Shown: positions 12,617 through 23,709 of the stretch, one piece after another | Numbering within the stretch: position 1 is the first letter of the stretch | Layout: the number at the start of each line of letters is the position of its first letter | Assembly: GCF_963921235.1 (NCBI RefSeq) | Contig: NC_086108.1 | Span: 53,880,001 to 53,944,000, forward strand | Length of the DNA: 64,000 nt | Source of the DNA: Mobula hypostoma | Lineage: Eukaryota | Direction: 5' to 3' | Position numbers and translations under genes: made by a program | Notes under the pieces: model-generated | Databases searched by the model: none | The model's input: the letters and a program-made list of their open reading frames with translations, nothing else | What the model was told of the DNA's origin: nothing

Positions 12617-13815
12617 CTCAACACCTGTTTGTCCTCTGTTGGGCAACAGTTCATGGTGTACAGCATGGAGACAGGAGATGTGGTATGCAAATAATGGATG
12701 GATCACTAAAAAAGTTGTAGTTGTCTCAGCCAATCATGCCCCACAGTGCTGGTCCTCCTGGTTTTACCACATACAAGTTTAATAAGTTCAATGTGGCTTG
12801 TTGGTTGTTGTATTTCACTGTTACAAACATCATTCCCACAGAAGTTATCTTTTCTCCAGTATAAATTTTTAGCAGGCTTCATTTTGGTATCTTTAAAATG
12901 CTGTTCAAACTCATTTTGTGGAATGACTGAAGCAGCTGAACCAGTGTCCAATTCCGTTTGAATTAATTTGCTGTGTACTTCTGGCATAAGCCATATTGTT
13001 TGTCTATTGCTAATTTTCACACTGTAAATCTTAAGGCTACACTGTGCTGCGTCACTCTCATCATTATCAGATTTTTCAACAGCGTGCAGATTAGTGCTCT
13101 TTTTGAAACTGCAAATTGATTTTTTATCTTTTTCTCTTCTCTGTGCAGTTCATTTATTTTTGTCTGCCCAACATACTCTTTATATATATGTCCTACTCTG
13201 TTGCATTTTCTGTAAGTTTCTCCTTTAAATCTGCTTTGGTCTGTTGTGTCCCTGCCACAATGATAACACAATTTGTTTGGCCAGGTGGGTTTCAGTTTTG
13301 TTTACACTTACTTTCACTCCTGACTGCAATTCAATCATGACTCTGCAGATTCCATTGAAACAGCGATTTCAACTGCTCTTTTGAATGGAAGTTGTGTTTC
13401 ATTAGGGGCTGCTTTTTGAATGCTTTGTTGTAAGATTCCACAAACTAAATGATCTCTAAGTGCATCTTTGTGTGGGGCTTGGCTTCAATTTGTTGGTTCC
13501 ATCACCAGCCTTATTGCAACAAGTAATTCCAGGTATCTCAACCTGATAATCTCATAGGGTGCAAAAGATCATTCAATCCATTAGGCCTATTCTGGTTCCA
13601 AGGGGAGCAACCTTATTATTAATTTTCCTTTTGTAGCACACAATGTGCTCTTTCTCTAACATGCTTATTGACTCCCCTTTGACTCTCTTGGCCTTAACCT
13701 ACATTAACCAAAATTACAAACAACAGGAATTCTGCAGATGCTGGAAATTCAAGCAACATACATCAAAGTTGCTGGTGAACGCAGCAGGCCAAGCAGCATC
13801 TATAGGAAGAGGCGC

Positions 13816-13851
13816 AGTCGACGTTTCAGGCCGAGACCCTTCGTCAGGACT
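13816..13851 (-). ncRNA. Minimal type I hammerhead ribozyme motif (Penelope-associated)
   Basis: Minus strand reads AGUC-CUGACGA-AGG(gucucgg)CCU-GAAAC-GUC-GACU. Confidence 0.8.
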
Positions 13852-14807
13852 AACTGAAGGAAGAGTGAGTAAGGGATTTGAAAGCTGGAGGGGGAGGGGG
13901 AGATGCAAAATGATAGGAGAAGACAGGAGGGGGAGGGATAGAGCCGAGAGCTGGACAGGTGATAGGCAAAAGGGGTACGAGAGGATCATGGGACAGGAGG
14001 TCCGGGAAGAAAGACGGGGGGGGGTGACCCACGCTCCCTACGCAACTCCCTTGTCCATTCGTCCCCCCCATCCCTCCCCACTGTCTCCCTCCTGGCACTT
14101 ATCCGTGTAAGCGGAACAAGTGCTACACATGCCCTTACACTTCCTCCCTTACCACCATTCAGGGCCCCAAACAGTCCTTCCAGGTGAGGCATCACTTCAC
14201 CTGTGAGTCGACTGGGGTGATATACTGCGTCCGGTGCTCCCGATGTGGCCTTTTATATATTGGTGAGACCCAACGCAGAGTGGGAGACCGCTTTGCTGAA
14301 CATCTACGCTCTGTCCACCAGAGAAAGCAGGATCTCCCAGTGGCCACACATTTTAATTCCACATCCCATTCCCATTCTGACATGTCTATCCACGGCCTCC
14401 TCTACTGTAAAGATGAAGCCACACTCAGGTTGGAGGAACAACACCTTATATTCCGCCTGGGTAGCCTCCAACCTGATGGCATGAACATCGACTTCTCTAA
14501 CTTCCGCTAAGGCCCCACCTCCCCCTCGTACCCCATCTGTTACTCATTTTTATGCACACATTCTTTCTCTCACTCTCCTTTTTCTCCCTCTGTCCCTCTG
14601 AATATACCTCTTGCCCATCCTCTGGGTCACCCCCCCCCTGTCTTTCTTCCCGGACCTCTTCCTGTCCCATGATCCTCTCGTATCTCCTTTTGCCTATCAC
14701 CTGTCCAGCTCTCGGCTCTATCCCTCCCCCTCCTGTCTTCTCCTATCATTTTGCATCTCCCCCTCCCCCTCCAGCTTTCAAATCCCTTACTCACTCTTCC
14801 TTCAGTT

Positions 14808-14843
14808 AGTCCTGACGAAGGGTCTCGGCCTGAAACGTCGACT
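14808..14843 (+). ncRNA. Minimal type I hammerhead ribozyme motif (Penelope-associated)
   Basis: agtc CTGACGA agg gtctcgg cct GAAAC GTC gact: stem I agtc/gact, stem II agg/cct, palindromic ACGU stem III. Confidence 0.8.
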
Positions 14844-15189
14844 GCGCCTCTTCCTATAGATGCTGCTTGGCCTGCTGCGTTCACCAGCAACTTTGATGTA
14901 TGTTGCTTAACCAAAATTACAGTAGCCAAGTAATCTACCATGTCTTTGGAGACCAGATTATCCTGAGAAAACCTACATAGTCACAGAGAGAACATGCATA
15001 CACTACATGGACAATAACTGTGATCTGAATTGAACAGTTTGTTTGGCCAGGCTGGTTTCAGTTCCTGCAACTGTGAGACAGCACCAATCACGCTTAAACT
15101 TGACTAATGTCATATATATATTTAGATGCCTTCCCGTTGTCCATTTATTTACTGTACAGTAATATTTATCAAAAGGTAACAAAAATTAC

Positions 15190-15860
15190 AGGGGGATCTT
15201 GATTAGCTATGTAAACGGGCTGAAGAATGAGAAATGGTATTTCATTCAGATATGGTCAATGTATTGCATTTTGGAAAGTCAAAACAAGGTAGAACTTTCA
15301 CAGTAAATGGTAGTGTCCCGGAGATTGTTGTAGACACAGGAATGCTGGATTACAAGACATGGTTTCATGAAAGTGGAATAACATGTCAATAGTAAGGTGA
15401 AGAAGGTTTTTGGCAGACTGGCCTTCAGGGCACTGAATCCAGTAGTTTGGAGATTATGTTACAGTAGTACAAGATGCTGGTGAGGTCACATTTAGAGTAC
15501 CATGTTCAGTTCTGTTCAACCTGCTAGAGGAAAGATGCTATTAAACTGGAAAGAGAGCAGAAAAGATTTATAAGGATGTTGCCAGGACTCAAGGTACTGA
15601 ATTATAGGGAGAGATTAGACATGTGAGGACAGTTTTCCTTGGAGCATAGGAAACTGATAGAGATGTATAAAATCACAAGGGGCAAGATGCAGTGAATGCC
15701 CTCAATCTTTTACCCAGGGCTGGGGAAGTCAAGGATTAGATGGTATAGGTTTAAGGCAAGAGGGGAAAGTTTTAAAAGGAACTTGAGGGGCAACTTTTCT
15801 TAACACAGGGGGTGGTATGTATTGGGAATGAAGCTGCCAGAGGAAGTGATTGAGGCAGAG
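15190..15860 (+). mobile_element. CR1 LINE 3' fragment
   Basis: Decayed CR1 C-terminal RT region (LYK.LVR.HLEY.VQF...LER.Q.RF.RMLPGL). Confidence 0.8.
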
Positions 15861-16003
15861 GAAGTGATTGAACCAGAGATCCATGAGCTAGTCCTCATCG
15901 GAAGATCAAAGTTGGAGAGGGTAAGCAACTTCAAATTCCTGGGTGTTATTATTTCGAAGGACCTGTCCTGGGCCCAGCACGTAAGCGCAATTATGAAGAA
16001 AGC

Positions 16004-16962
16004 TTCCAGTTTAAGATGGGGCTAGTGACTAATTATCGGCGGCAAATAAAACAAAGAAAACCACTAAATACTTATTAATAAGACTTTATTAATAATGATC
16101 ACTGCTAACAATAGAAAGACAAGAAAGAGTTGAGGTGAGCGGAAGCAGAGGCATCCCCGAGAGTGAGGAAAGACCTGATGTTTCATCGATTTGAGCACTG
16201 GACCGAATGGGAAAGGCCAGGTATGTGCCAAATGGTGCCAGCAGGATACAAGCTCTGAGTGGTCTCGGTACCCTGATGTTTCATCGATTTAAGTGCTGGG
16301 CTGAATGGGAAAGGTCAGATACAGGTGGAATTGTGCCAGGGGTGCAGGATCTAGAGTGGTCCAAGAGCAAGGGCTGACCCCGATGTTTCATCGATTTAAG
16401 CACTGGGTCGAATTGGAAAGGTTGGGTACAGGCCAAGTTGTGGGTATGAGCTGAATCGTGATGGCAGGGTCAAGGCACTTAAGCAGTCTAAGAGTGAGGA
16501 GCGACCTGATGCCTGGATGATTTAAGCGCTGGGCCAGAACGAAAAGGTCAGGGTGTTGGGACAGGAAGTGAGGGATGGACCAGTTCTGCTCGTTGCTCTG
16601 TGACAATTACTCAGTTCTGCGCTGACTGAGGCTGTGGCCTGCTCCTACTGCGGTGATGCCTGGCTTCGTGTCTGTGGTCTCACAATCTTTACTCGACTCT
16701 GCACTAAATTGAGGCTGTGGCCTGCTCCTACTGCGGTGATGCCTGGCATCGTGTCTTTTGTAAAATTTTGGTTCTGAATGCTGATTGCTTACTTTCATTG
16801 TTTGCATGATTTGTTCTTTTCTCTCTCTGCACATTGGGTGTTTGACGGTCTTTTTTAATGAGTTCTTTTGGGTGTCTTTATTTTGTGGCTGCCTGTAAGG
16901 ATACCTATCTCAAAATTATATAATGTATTTATACTTTGATAACAAATGTACTTTGAACTTTG
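16004..16962 (+). mobile_element. Non-coding element with internal sub-repeats and a Rex1-like 3' tail
   Basis: Four ~100-125 bp sub-repeats (cctgatgtttcatcgattt.ag...gaaaggtcag); tail gataacaaatgtactttgaactttga; same family as 61402-62150. Confidence 0.7.
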
Positions 16963-17544
16963 AGCACTGCAGTGCCTCTACTTCCGTAGGAATTTGTGAA
17001 GATTCGGCATGGCATCTAAAACTTTCACAAATTTCTATTGATGAGTAGTGGAGAATATATTGACTGACTGCATCACAGTGTTGAATGGAAAATCCTACAA
17101 AAAGTAGTGGATACGGCCTAGTCAATCATGCGTAAAGCCCTCCCCACCATTGAGCACATCTACATGAAATGTTGTTGTAGGAAAGCAGCAAACATCATCA
17201 GAAACCCCCATTGCCAGGTTCAGGAACAGTTAGTACCCCTCACCCTTCAGGTTCTTGAACCAAAGGGGATAACTTCACTCTACTTCATCATTGAAATATT
17301 CCCACAACCTGTGGATTTATTTTCAAGTACTCTTCATCTCATGTTCTCAATATTTATTGTTTATTGGTGTTTTATTATTATTTCTTTCTTTTTGCATTTG
17401 CACGATTTGTGTCTTTTGCACACTGGTTGAACGTCCAAGTCGATGTGGTCTTTCATTGATTCTGTAATGGTCATTATTCTATTTCGGATTTACTGAGTAT
17501 GCCCACAAGAAAATGTCCACAAGTATTGTATATAGTGACATATC

Positions 17545-18635
17545 AAAGGTTCATTTTGTTATCAAAGTACAGCATACAAATCAGAAATTCTTCAATTCTC
17601 TGGGTAGCCATGAAACCAAGAAAGAAAGGTAGCACGTCATCAACCCCCAAATCCCACCTCCCCACAAAAAGAAATGAACAGATAAGGAGCGGGCAGATAC
17701 ACCCCAAAATCCCTCCTCACGGACAAAAACTGAGCAAAACAGTTCAGGCACATTGACCCCCAAATCCATCCTCCCACACAAAAATATGAACAAAACAGAT
17801 CAGGCACATCAATTCCAAAACCCTCCTTTCACACAAAAATCGAGCAAAATGGATCAGGCACGTTGACCCCCAAATTCCCCTCCTCTCACAAAAATAAAAC
17901 GAGAAGATCAGGCGAGAAAACACAGAACATAAAAGTTATCAGACTGAAAAAAAGATTTTATAGTCCAGGTCCACATTCAAAACGCAGAAAAATCCTGGAC
18001 AACACTCTCTGCAGTGGCAGGCTTTCCCCTCTCTGATAGTGCATTAGAGCGATCAAAAGACAAGCAGCCAGAGCTCACCTTCCACACTCACTTTGATGCT
18101 TCAAATGCCCTCATCACTTTAGTTAGCAAACGATGGAGGCTTTAATCAGCAAAATAGAGCCGAACATCAGCTTGTGCTCTGTCCTGCAGTCCGCCTGCTA
18201 CAAGGTTTGTGCACACTGCTTCTGCCTCTTGGAATCCTCTCAGAAACTGCACAGTGCTGGAATACCCAAACCATCTCCAAACAGCAAAATACAGTCTCTA
18301 ACAGTACTAGACTTGCCTTGACGCTTCAATCACTTTAATGGACAAACGATGGAAGCTTTATTCGGTGAAATGGGGTCAAACGTTGGCCCCTGCGCCATTT
18401 TGCAGGCTTCTTTCCACAAGGTGCACGCATGCTGCCTCTGCCTCCTAGAATCTCGGAGACTGCAGAGCACTGAAGCACCCAAACGATCTCCAAACAGCAA
18501 AACACGGTCGCCAACAGTTCCAGAATCACATTTAAGATGAGAAACAAATAAAAGACATAAAAGAAGTGAAAAAGATGGTTCCATGATCTATCCAGAAGAT
18601 GTTGACCAAAGGAGCATTGTATGCAGTCGCCAAAA
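17545..18635 (-). mobile_element. Second non-coding element with tandem repeats and a Rex1-like 3' tail
   Basis: Minus-strand tail gtactttgataacaaaatgaacctttga; ~60 bp tandem array at 17630-17900; ~215 bp duplication at 18105-18520; flanked by acatat. Confidence 0.6.
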
Positions 18636-21221
18636 TACATATAGTTTGTTAATAAATTTACTTCGAACTTTGAGAGACCATACATATCAATTTAAAAAAT
18701 ACCATTAGATAGGAGAAGTTCAGAAAGTTAGGGGCCAAACAGGGGAAATTGGACTAGCCTAAATTGACATCTTGGTCAGTATGGACTGATTGGCCTGTTT
18801 CCATGCTGTATGAATCTATGAGCAACACAAAATAGTTACTACAATTCATACCAGCTCTCCAAATTGAAGTCCAGAGTTAAGCCCCAAAATACAATCCAAT
18901 CAAAATAAGATTTTGATCAAAAGTGGGTTGATTGAGATACCTGGACTTGTTCTGTTAAAGTAAACCAAGGACTTGAGCATTACAATATTGATAGCAGTTG
19001 ATGTGAGACAGATTCATAAATATTTTAATTACTAAATGGTAAATTACTAGTGTAATCTGACATAATCAGATATGAATTCCAATTGCAATCAATACCTGTA
19101 ATCTTTCAATCTTTGGCTGTTTTGACTCAAGCATCTACAGCTCCTAATAGTAGTATACATTTTCTTAATAAATGACTGCAGTCCGCAAGACTTTGCTGAA
19201 ATATTGCTGCTGTTTGTGGGATTGAATTTTGCAGAGCAGGAATGCAGTGCCTTTGATCTGCTTTATGCTGATCTAAACCAGAATGATGGCAGTGTTGCAA
19301 TTAGTCCCAGAACCTCCTGGGCTAAGAGGAGAAGAACAAAATAATTTAAGGACTCCTGCTCCTTATTGTCATTCAATGACCCTTGTTGGAACATTACCTT
19401 TATGGGTTCCTGGTGAGATCACACTTACATTGTTGGAAAAAAAAATAGCTGACGTTCATCCTCGAAGCCCATACATAATGAAGAGGCGCTTAGTTAAAGT
19501 TTTGGAGGTCATTTGTGCCACTATACTCCAGCGTTTTAGTGTCTTCAGAGCAGAATGAGGAAACTGGAGAAGGAAGATTGTTGTCTATGTCAACTAGCCG
19601 TATCACCTGCATGCCAGTGCATTTATTTTAATATATTTTTTATTTTGATGAACACAATTGAACATTATCAAAACAAAGAGATTAGATACAAATTACTACA
19701 CTTTGTTTTCAATATTAACAATTCCATTGTGTATACTTTCTGTTTTTAATATGTTGAGATTAAGTTAAAAGTGAAAGTTCTGATGGGAGTGAACGTTCAT
19801 TTGATGGATTTTTAAAACATCCTTTTGTCCATTTAACAAAGGTTAAGCAAGTGCCGGACATAGTGCCATAACAAGTGGTGTTTCTGACCTCTACTCTGGT
19901 CAAAAATAATGTCTTGCCTTTAGTGCTCTTAATTGATTCTGTCAGAAAGGAAGTTAAAATTACTGCGCCATAATTATTTATAAATGAGTCAGTATTGGAT
20001 GTGGGAGCAGGGATAAGGATATTAAATTTTGTTCCCTCATGCAGACTTGACTGATGGCTCTGCATTGGTCACTTACACTTTGTAATACTTTTAATAATAT
20101 AATTTTTGCACTTCTAATGTAAATTATACAAAGTCAGGCAATAGTTGGAACTTATTACAAACTATCGAAGGATATACAGTAGCATAGGAGGAGGCTGTTC
20201 ACCCAGTGTTCCTGTGCCAGGTCTTTTAGTATCAGGTACATTGGCTGTTTTTTTCCCCAAATCCTTGCAACTTGCTTCTTCTCAACGAATTATCTTTTGG
20301 GGGTTACAGTTGAATCTGCTTTCATCACTCTTTAACATAGATTATTCAGCAGTGCTTTTTGCTGTACAAAAAGAAATTGTCCTCCTAGACCTTTTGCTGA
20401 TCACTGTAAATCTGAGCCATTCACAAATGAAAAGGGCTCCTTCCTCCCTCCTCAGTTACAACACCCTCTAATTTTGGATGCCACCACAAAATATTTTTTG
20501 TGCTGCATAGGGCCCATAGTAACAATTATTTCGTTCTCCTTTATACTTGTGTACAGGAAATGACATTAAACAATCATGAATCTTGAAATGGATGAGTCAT
20601 AAGAGAACTTTGCCAGAAGATTATGACTCACAAAAAAGCTGGCTAACGTACTCCAGAATGCTGAAGTTTGGTTTGTCTCTCTTGTTCTCACAAGTTACTT
20701 CAAAGTTTATTGTTTATGTAATAGATACATAATAAGAATAAACCAACTTAGTTCCCCTCAGCTGTTCTACTTCTGCTCCTCACAGAAGGAAGTATGCTGT
20801 CTTATATCAAACCCCAAATCAAACTCTTATTCACCTTCTGTATTCTGGGACAAATGGAAATGGGCAGTGAAAGCTTGTTTTACTGGGAACATTCAGATTA
20901 TGTAACAAGTCAGTGAGAGTAAATAAAATGTTCCTGCCTCAAGCTCATGCATTACAAGCAACACAAGAAAGCAGAATGTTTGTGGTTCTTACTAGTTCCA
21001 CTGAAGCTGATTACTTCTCACAACTTTTGCCGTGTTTAGTGAGCAATCAGTTACCACAACTGACAGTTTCTAAATAGGTTATGGGGAAGGTTAAGTCTCA
21101 TTATGAAACATGGAGTAGTTGGATATGTGGATTGAAATACCAACAGTTTCAATTTGAGTTAATTATGGATTTTCTAAGGTTGAAAATTTACACTGTGGGA
21201 ACCAGATTTTGGGAACTGTTT

Positions 21222-23709
21222 TAAGACCATAAGACACAGGAGCAGAATCAGACACTTTGGCCCATTGAATCTGCTCCACCAGTCAATCATGGCTGATCCT
21301 CTTTTCCTCTCCTCAGCCCAACTCCCCAGCCTTCTCCCCATAACATCTGATGCTACGTCCAATCAAGAACCTGTCAAGCTCTGCCTTAAATACACCCAAC
21401 CTGGCTTCCACAGAATCTGTGGTATTAAACTCCACAAATTCTCCACCCTTTGGCTAAAGAAATTTCTCTGCATCTTTGTTTTAAATGGGCACCTCTCTAC
21501 CCTCAAGCTGCGTCCTCTTGTCCTGGACAAACCCACCATGGGAAACATCCTTTCCACGTCTACTCTCTCTCGGCCTTTCAACATTCGAAAGGCTTCAGTG
21601 AGGTCCCCCCTCCCAATTCTTCTAAATTCCAGCGAGTACAGACTCAGGGCCATCAAACATTTCTCATACACTAACTGTTTCATTCTTGGAATCATCCTTG
21701 TGAACCTCCTCTTAAACCTTTCCAATGCCAGCACATCTTTTCCTAGCCCAAAACAGTTCACAATACTCAAGGTGAGGCCTCACCAGTGCCTTATAAAGCT
21801 TCAGCATCACATCCCTGCTCTTATATTATGGACCTCTTGAAATGAACGCTAAGATTGCATTTGCCTTCCTCACCACCGACTCTACCTGCAGATTAACCTT
21901 TACGGTGTTCTGCACAAGGACTCCCAAGACCCTTTACATCTCAAATTTTTGGATTTTCTCCCCGTTTAGAAATAGTCTGTACATTTATTTCTACTACCAA
22001 AGTGCATGACCATTTCATTTGCACTCTCTTGCCCATTCTCCTAATCTGCCTAAGTCCTTCTGCAGCCTACCTGTTTCCACAACACTACCTGCCCCTCCAC
22101 CAGTCTTCGTATCATCTGAAAACCTGGCAACAAAATTGTCTATTCCATCATTTAAATAATTGATATACAGCATAAAAAGAAGCGGTCCCACCACTGACCC
22201 CTGCAGAACACCACTAGTCACCGGCAGCAAACCAGAAAAGAATCCTTTTATTCCCACTCACTGCCTCCTACCAATCAGCCAGTGCTCTAAACATGTTAGT
22301 AACTTTCCTTTAATGCCACGGGCTCTTAACTTGGTAAGCAGCCTCATGTGTGGCAACTTGTCAAAGGCCTTTTGAAAGTCCAAATATACAACATCCACTG
22401 TATCCCCTTTATCTATCCTACTTGTAATCTCCTCAAAGAATTCCAAGAGGTTCGTCAGACAAGATTTTCCCTTACGGAAACCATGATGACTCTGTCCTAT
22501 CTTGTCCTGTGTCACCAAGTACTCCATAACCTCATCCTTAACAATTGATTCCAACATCTTCCCAACCATTGAGGTCAGGCTAACTGGTCAATAATTTTCT
22601 TTCTGCTGCCTTCCTCCTTTTTTAAAAAGTGGAGTGACATTTACAACATTCCAGCCATCTGGCACCATGCCAGAGTCTAATGATTACTAAGAGCCTCCAC
22701 AGTCTCTACCGCTACCTCTTTCAGAACCCTAGGGTGTAGTTCATCTGGTCTGAGTGACTTATGTACCCCGTCTTCCAGCTTTTTGAGGACCTTCTCCTTT
22801 GTAATAGTAACTACACTCGCTTCTCTTCCCTTGCACCCTTCAATATCTCGCACACTGCTAGTGTCCTCCACAGTGAAGACTGATGCAAAATGCTCTCTTA
22901 GTTCATCTGCATATCGTTGTCCCTGTTATTTTTTCTCTGGCCTCATTTTCTAGTGGTCCTATATCCACTTCCATCTCTCTTTTATGTTTTACATACTGAA
23001 AAAGCTTTTACTATCCACTTTGATGTTGTTTGCTAGCTTGCTGTCATATTTCATCTTTTCCCTCCTAATGATTCTTTTAGTTGCTCCTGTAGGGTTTTAA
23101 AAGCTTTCCAATTCTGTTTTCCCACTAAATTTTGCTTTGTTGTATGCCCTCTCTTTACTTTTACCTTACATTTGACTTCCCTTGTCAGCCACAGTTGTAA
23201 TATTTTGCCATTTGAGTATTTCTTTGTTTTTGGAATACATCTATCCTGCACCTTCCTCATTTTCCCCAGAAACTCACGCCATTGCTGCTCTGCTGTCATA
23301 CCTGCCAGCACCTCCTTCCAATTTACTTTGTTCAACTCCTTTCTCATACTACTGTAACTTGCTTTACTACACTGAAATACTGCTACATCAGACTTTACTT
23401 TCTCCCTATTTCAAGTTGAACTCAGTCATATCGTGATCATTGTCTCCTAAGGGTTCTTTTACCTTAAGCTCCCTAATCACCTCTGGTTCATTACATAACA
23501 CCCAATCCAGTATAGCTGATCCCCTAGTAGGCTCAACGACAAACTGCTCCAAAAAGCCACCTCGTGGGCATTCAACAGACTCACTCCCTTGAGATCCACT
23601 TCCAATGTGATTTTCCCAATCAATGTGCATGTTGAAATCTCCCAAGACTATCATAACATTGCCCTTTTGACATGCCTTTTCTATTTCCCGTTGTAGTTTG
23701 TGGTACACT
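21222..23709 (-). mobile_element. CR1 LINE (family A), decayed ORF2
   Basis: Endonuclease LGDFN; RT motifs QSHHGFRKGKSCLTNLLEFFE, VYLDFQKAFDK, SGVLQGSVVGP, FSDDTK; tail cttatggtctta. Confidence 0.93.

Larger units (their letters stand above)
10777..13470 (-). mobile_element. Gypsy (Mag-like) LTR retrotransposon remnant, copy 1: gag and protease, captured RBM25 fragment, integrase C-terminal tail, PPT, 3' LTR (10777-11023)
   Basis: CCHC knuckles (CYHCGR, CNRVGH), protease ELDTGSAASVI, PPT gggaggag next to LTR start TGTTGTG on the minus strand. LTR and internal sequence are homologous to copy 2 at 47793-51703. Confidence 0.85.
13719..14906. mobile_element. Penelope-like element, inverted structure (minus arm 13719-14031, plus arm 14032-14906), 15 bp TSD
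   Basis: GIY-YIG ORF 14184-14510 (GVIYCVRCSRCGLLYIGET); TSD TTAACCAAAATTACA at 13704-13718 and 14907-14921. Confidence 0.95.
13545..15035 (-). mobile_element. Decayed V-SINE split by the Penelope insertion
   Basis: V-domain-like gtctttgga...cctgagaaaacctacatagtcacagagagaacatgcatac at 14942-15005 continues the sequence left of 13704. Confidence 0.55.
15872..18673 (+). mobile_element. Rex1/Babar-like LINE 3' fragment interrupted by two insertions (16004-16962 and 17545-18635)
   Basis: ERVSNFKFLGVIISKDLSWAQHVS, homologous to 6060-6860; resumes at 16963 and ends aataaatttacttcgaactttga. Confidence 0.8.

Noticed and set aside
16173..16560. ctgatg...gaaa sub-repeats as hammerhead ribozymes or a CRISPR-like array
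   Set aside because: The core is CUGAUGU/C rather than CUGANGA with no proper stems; the repeats are degenerate, the context is eukaryotic and there are no cas genes.
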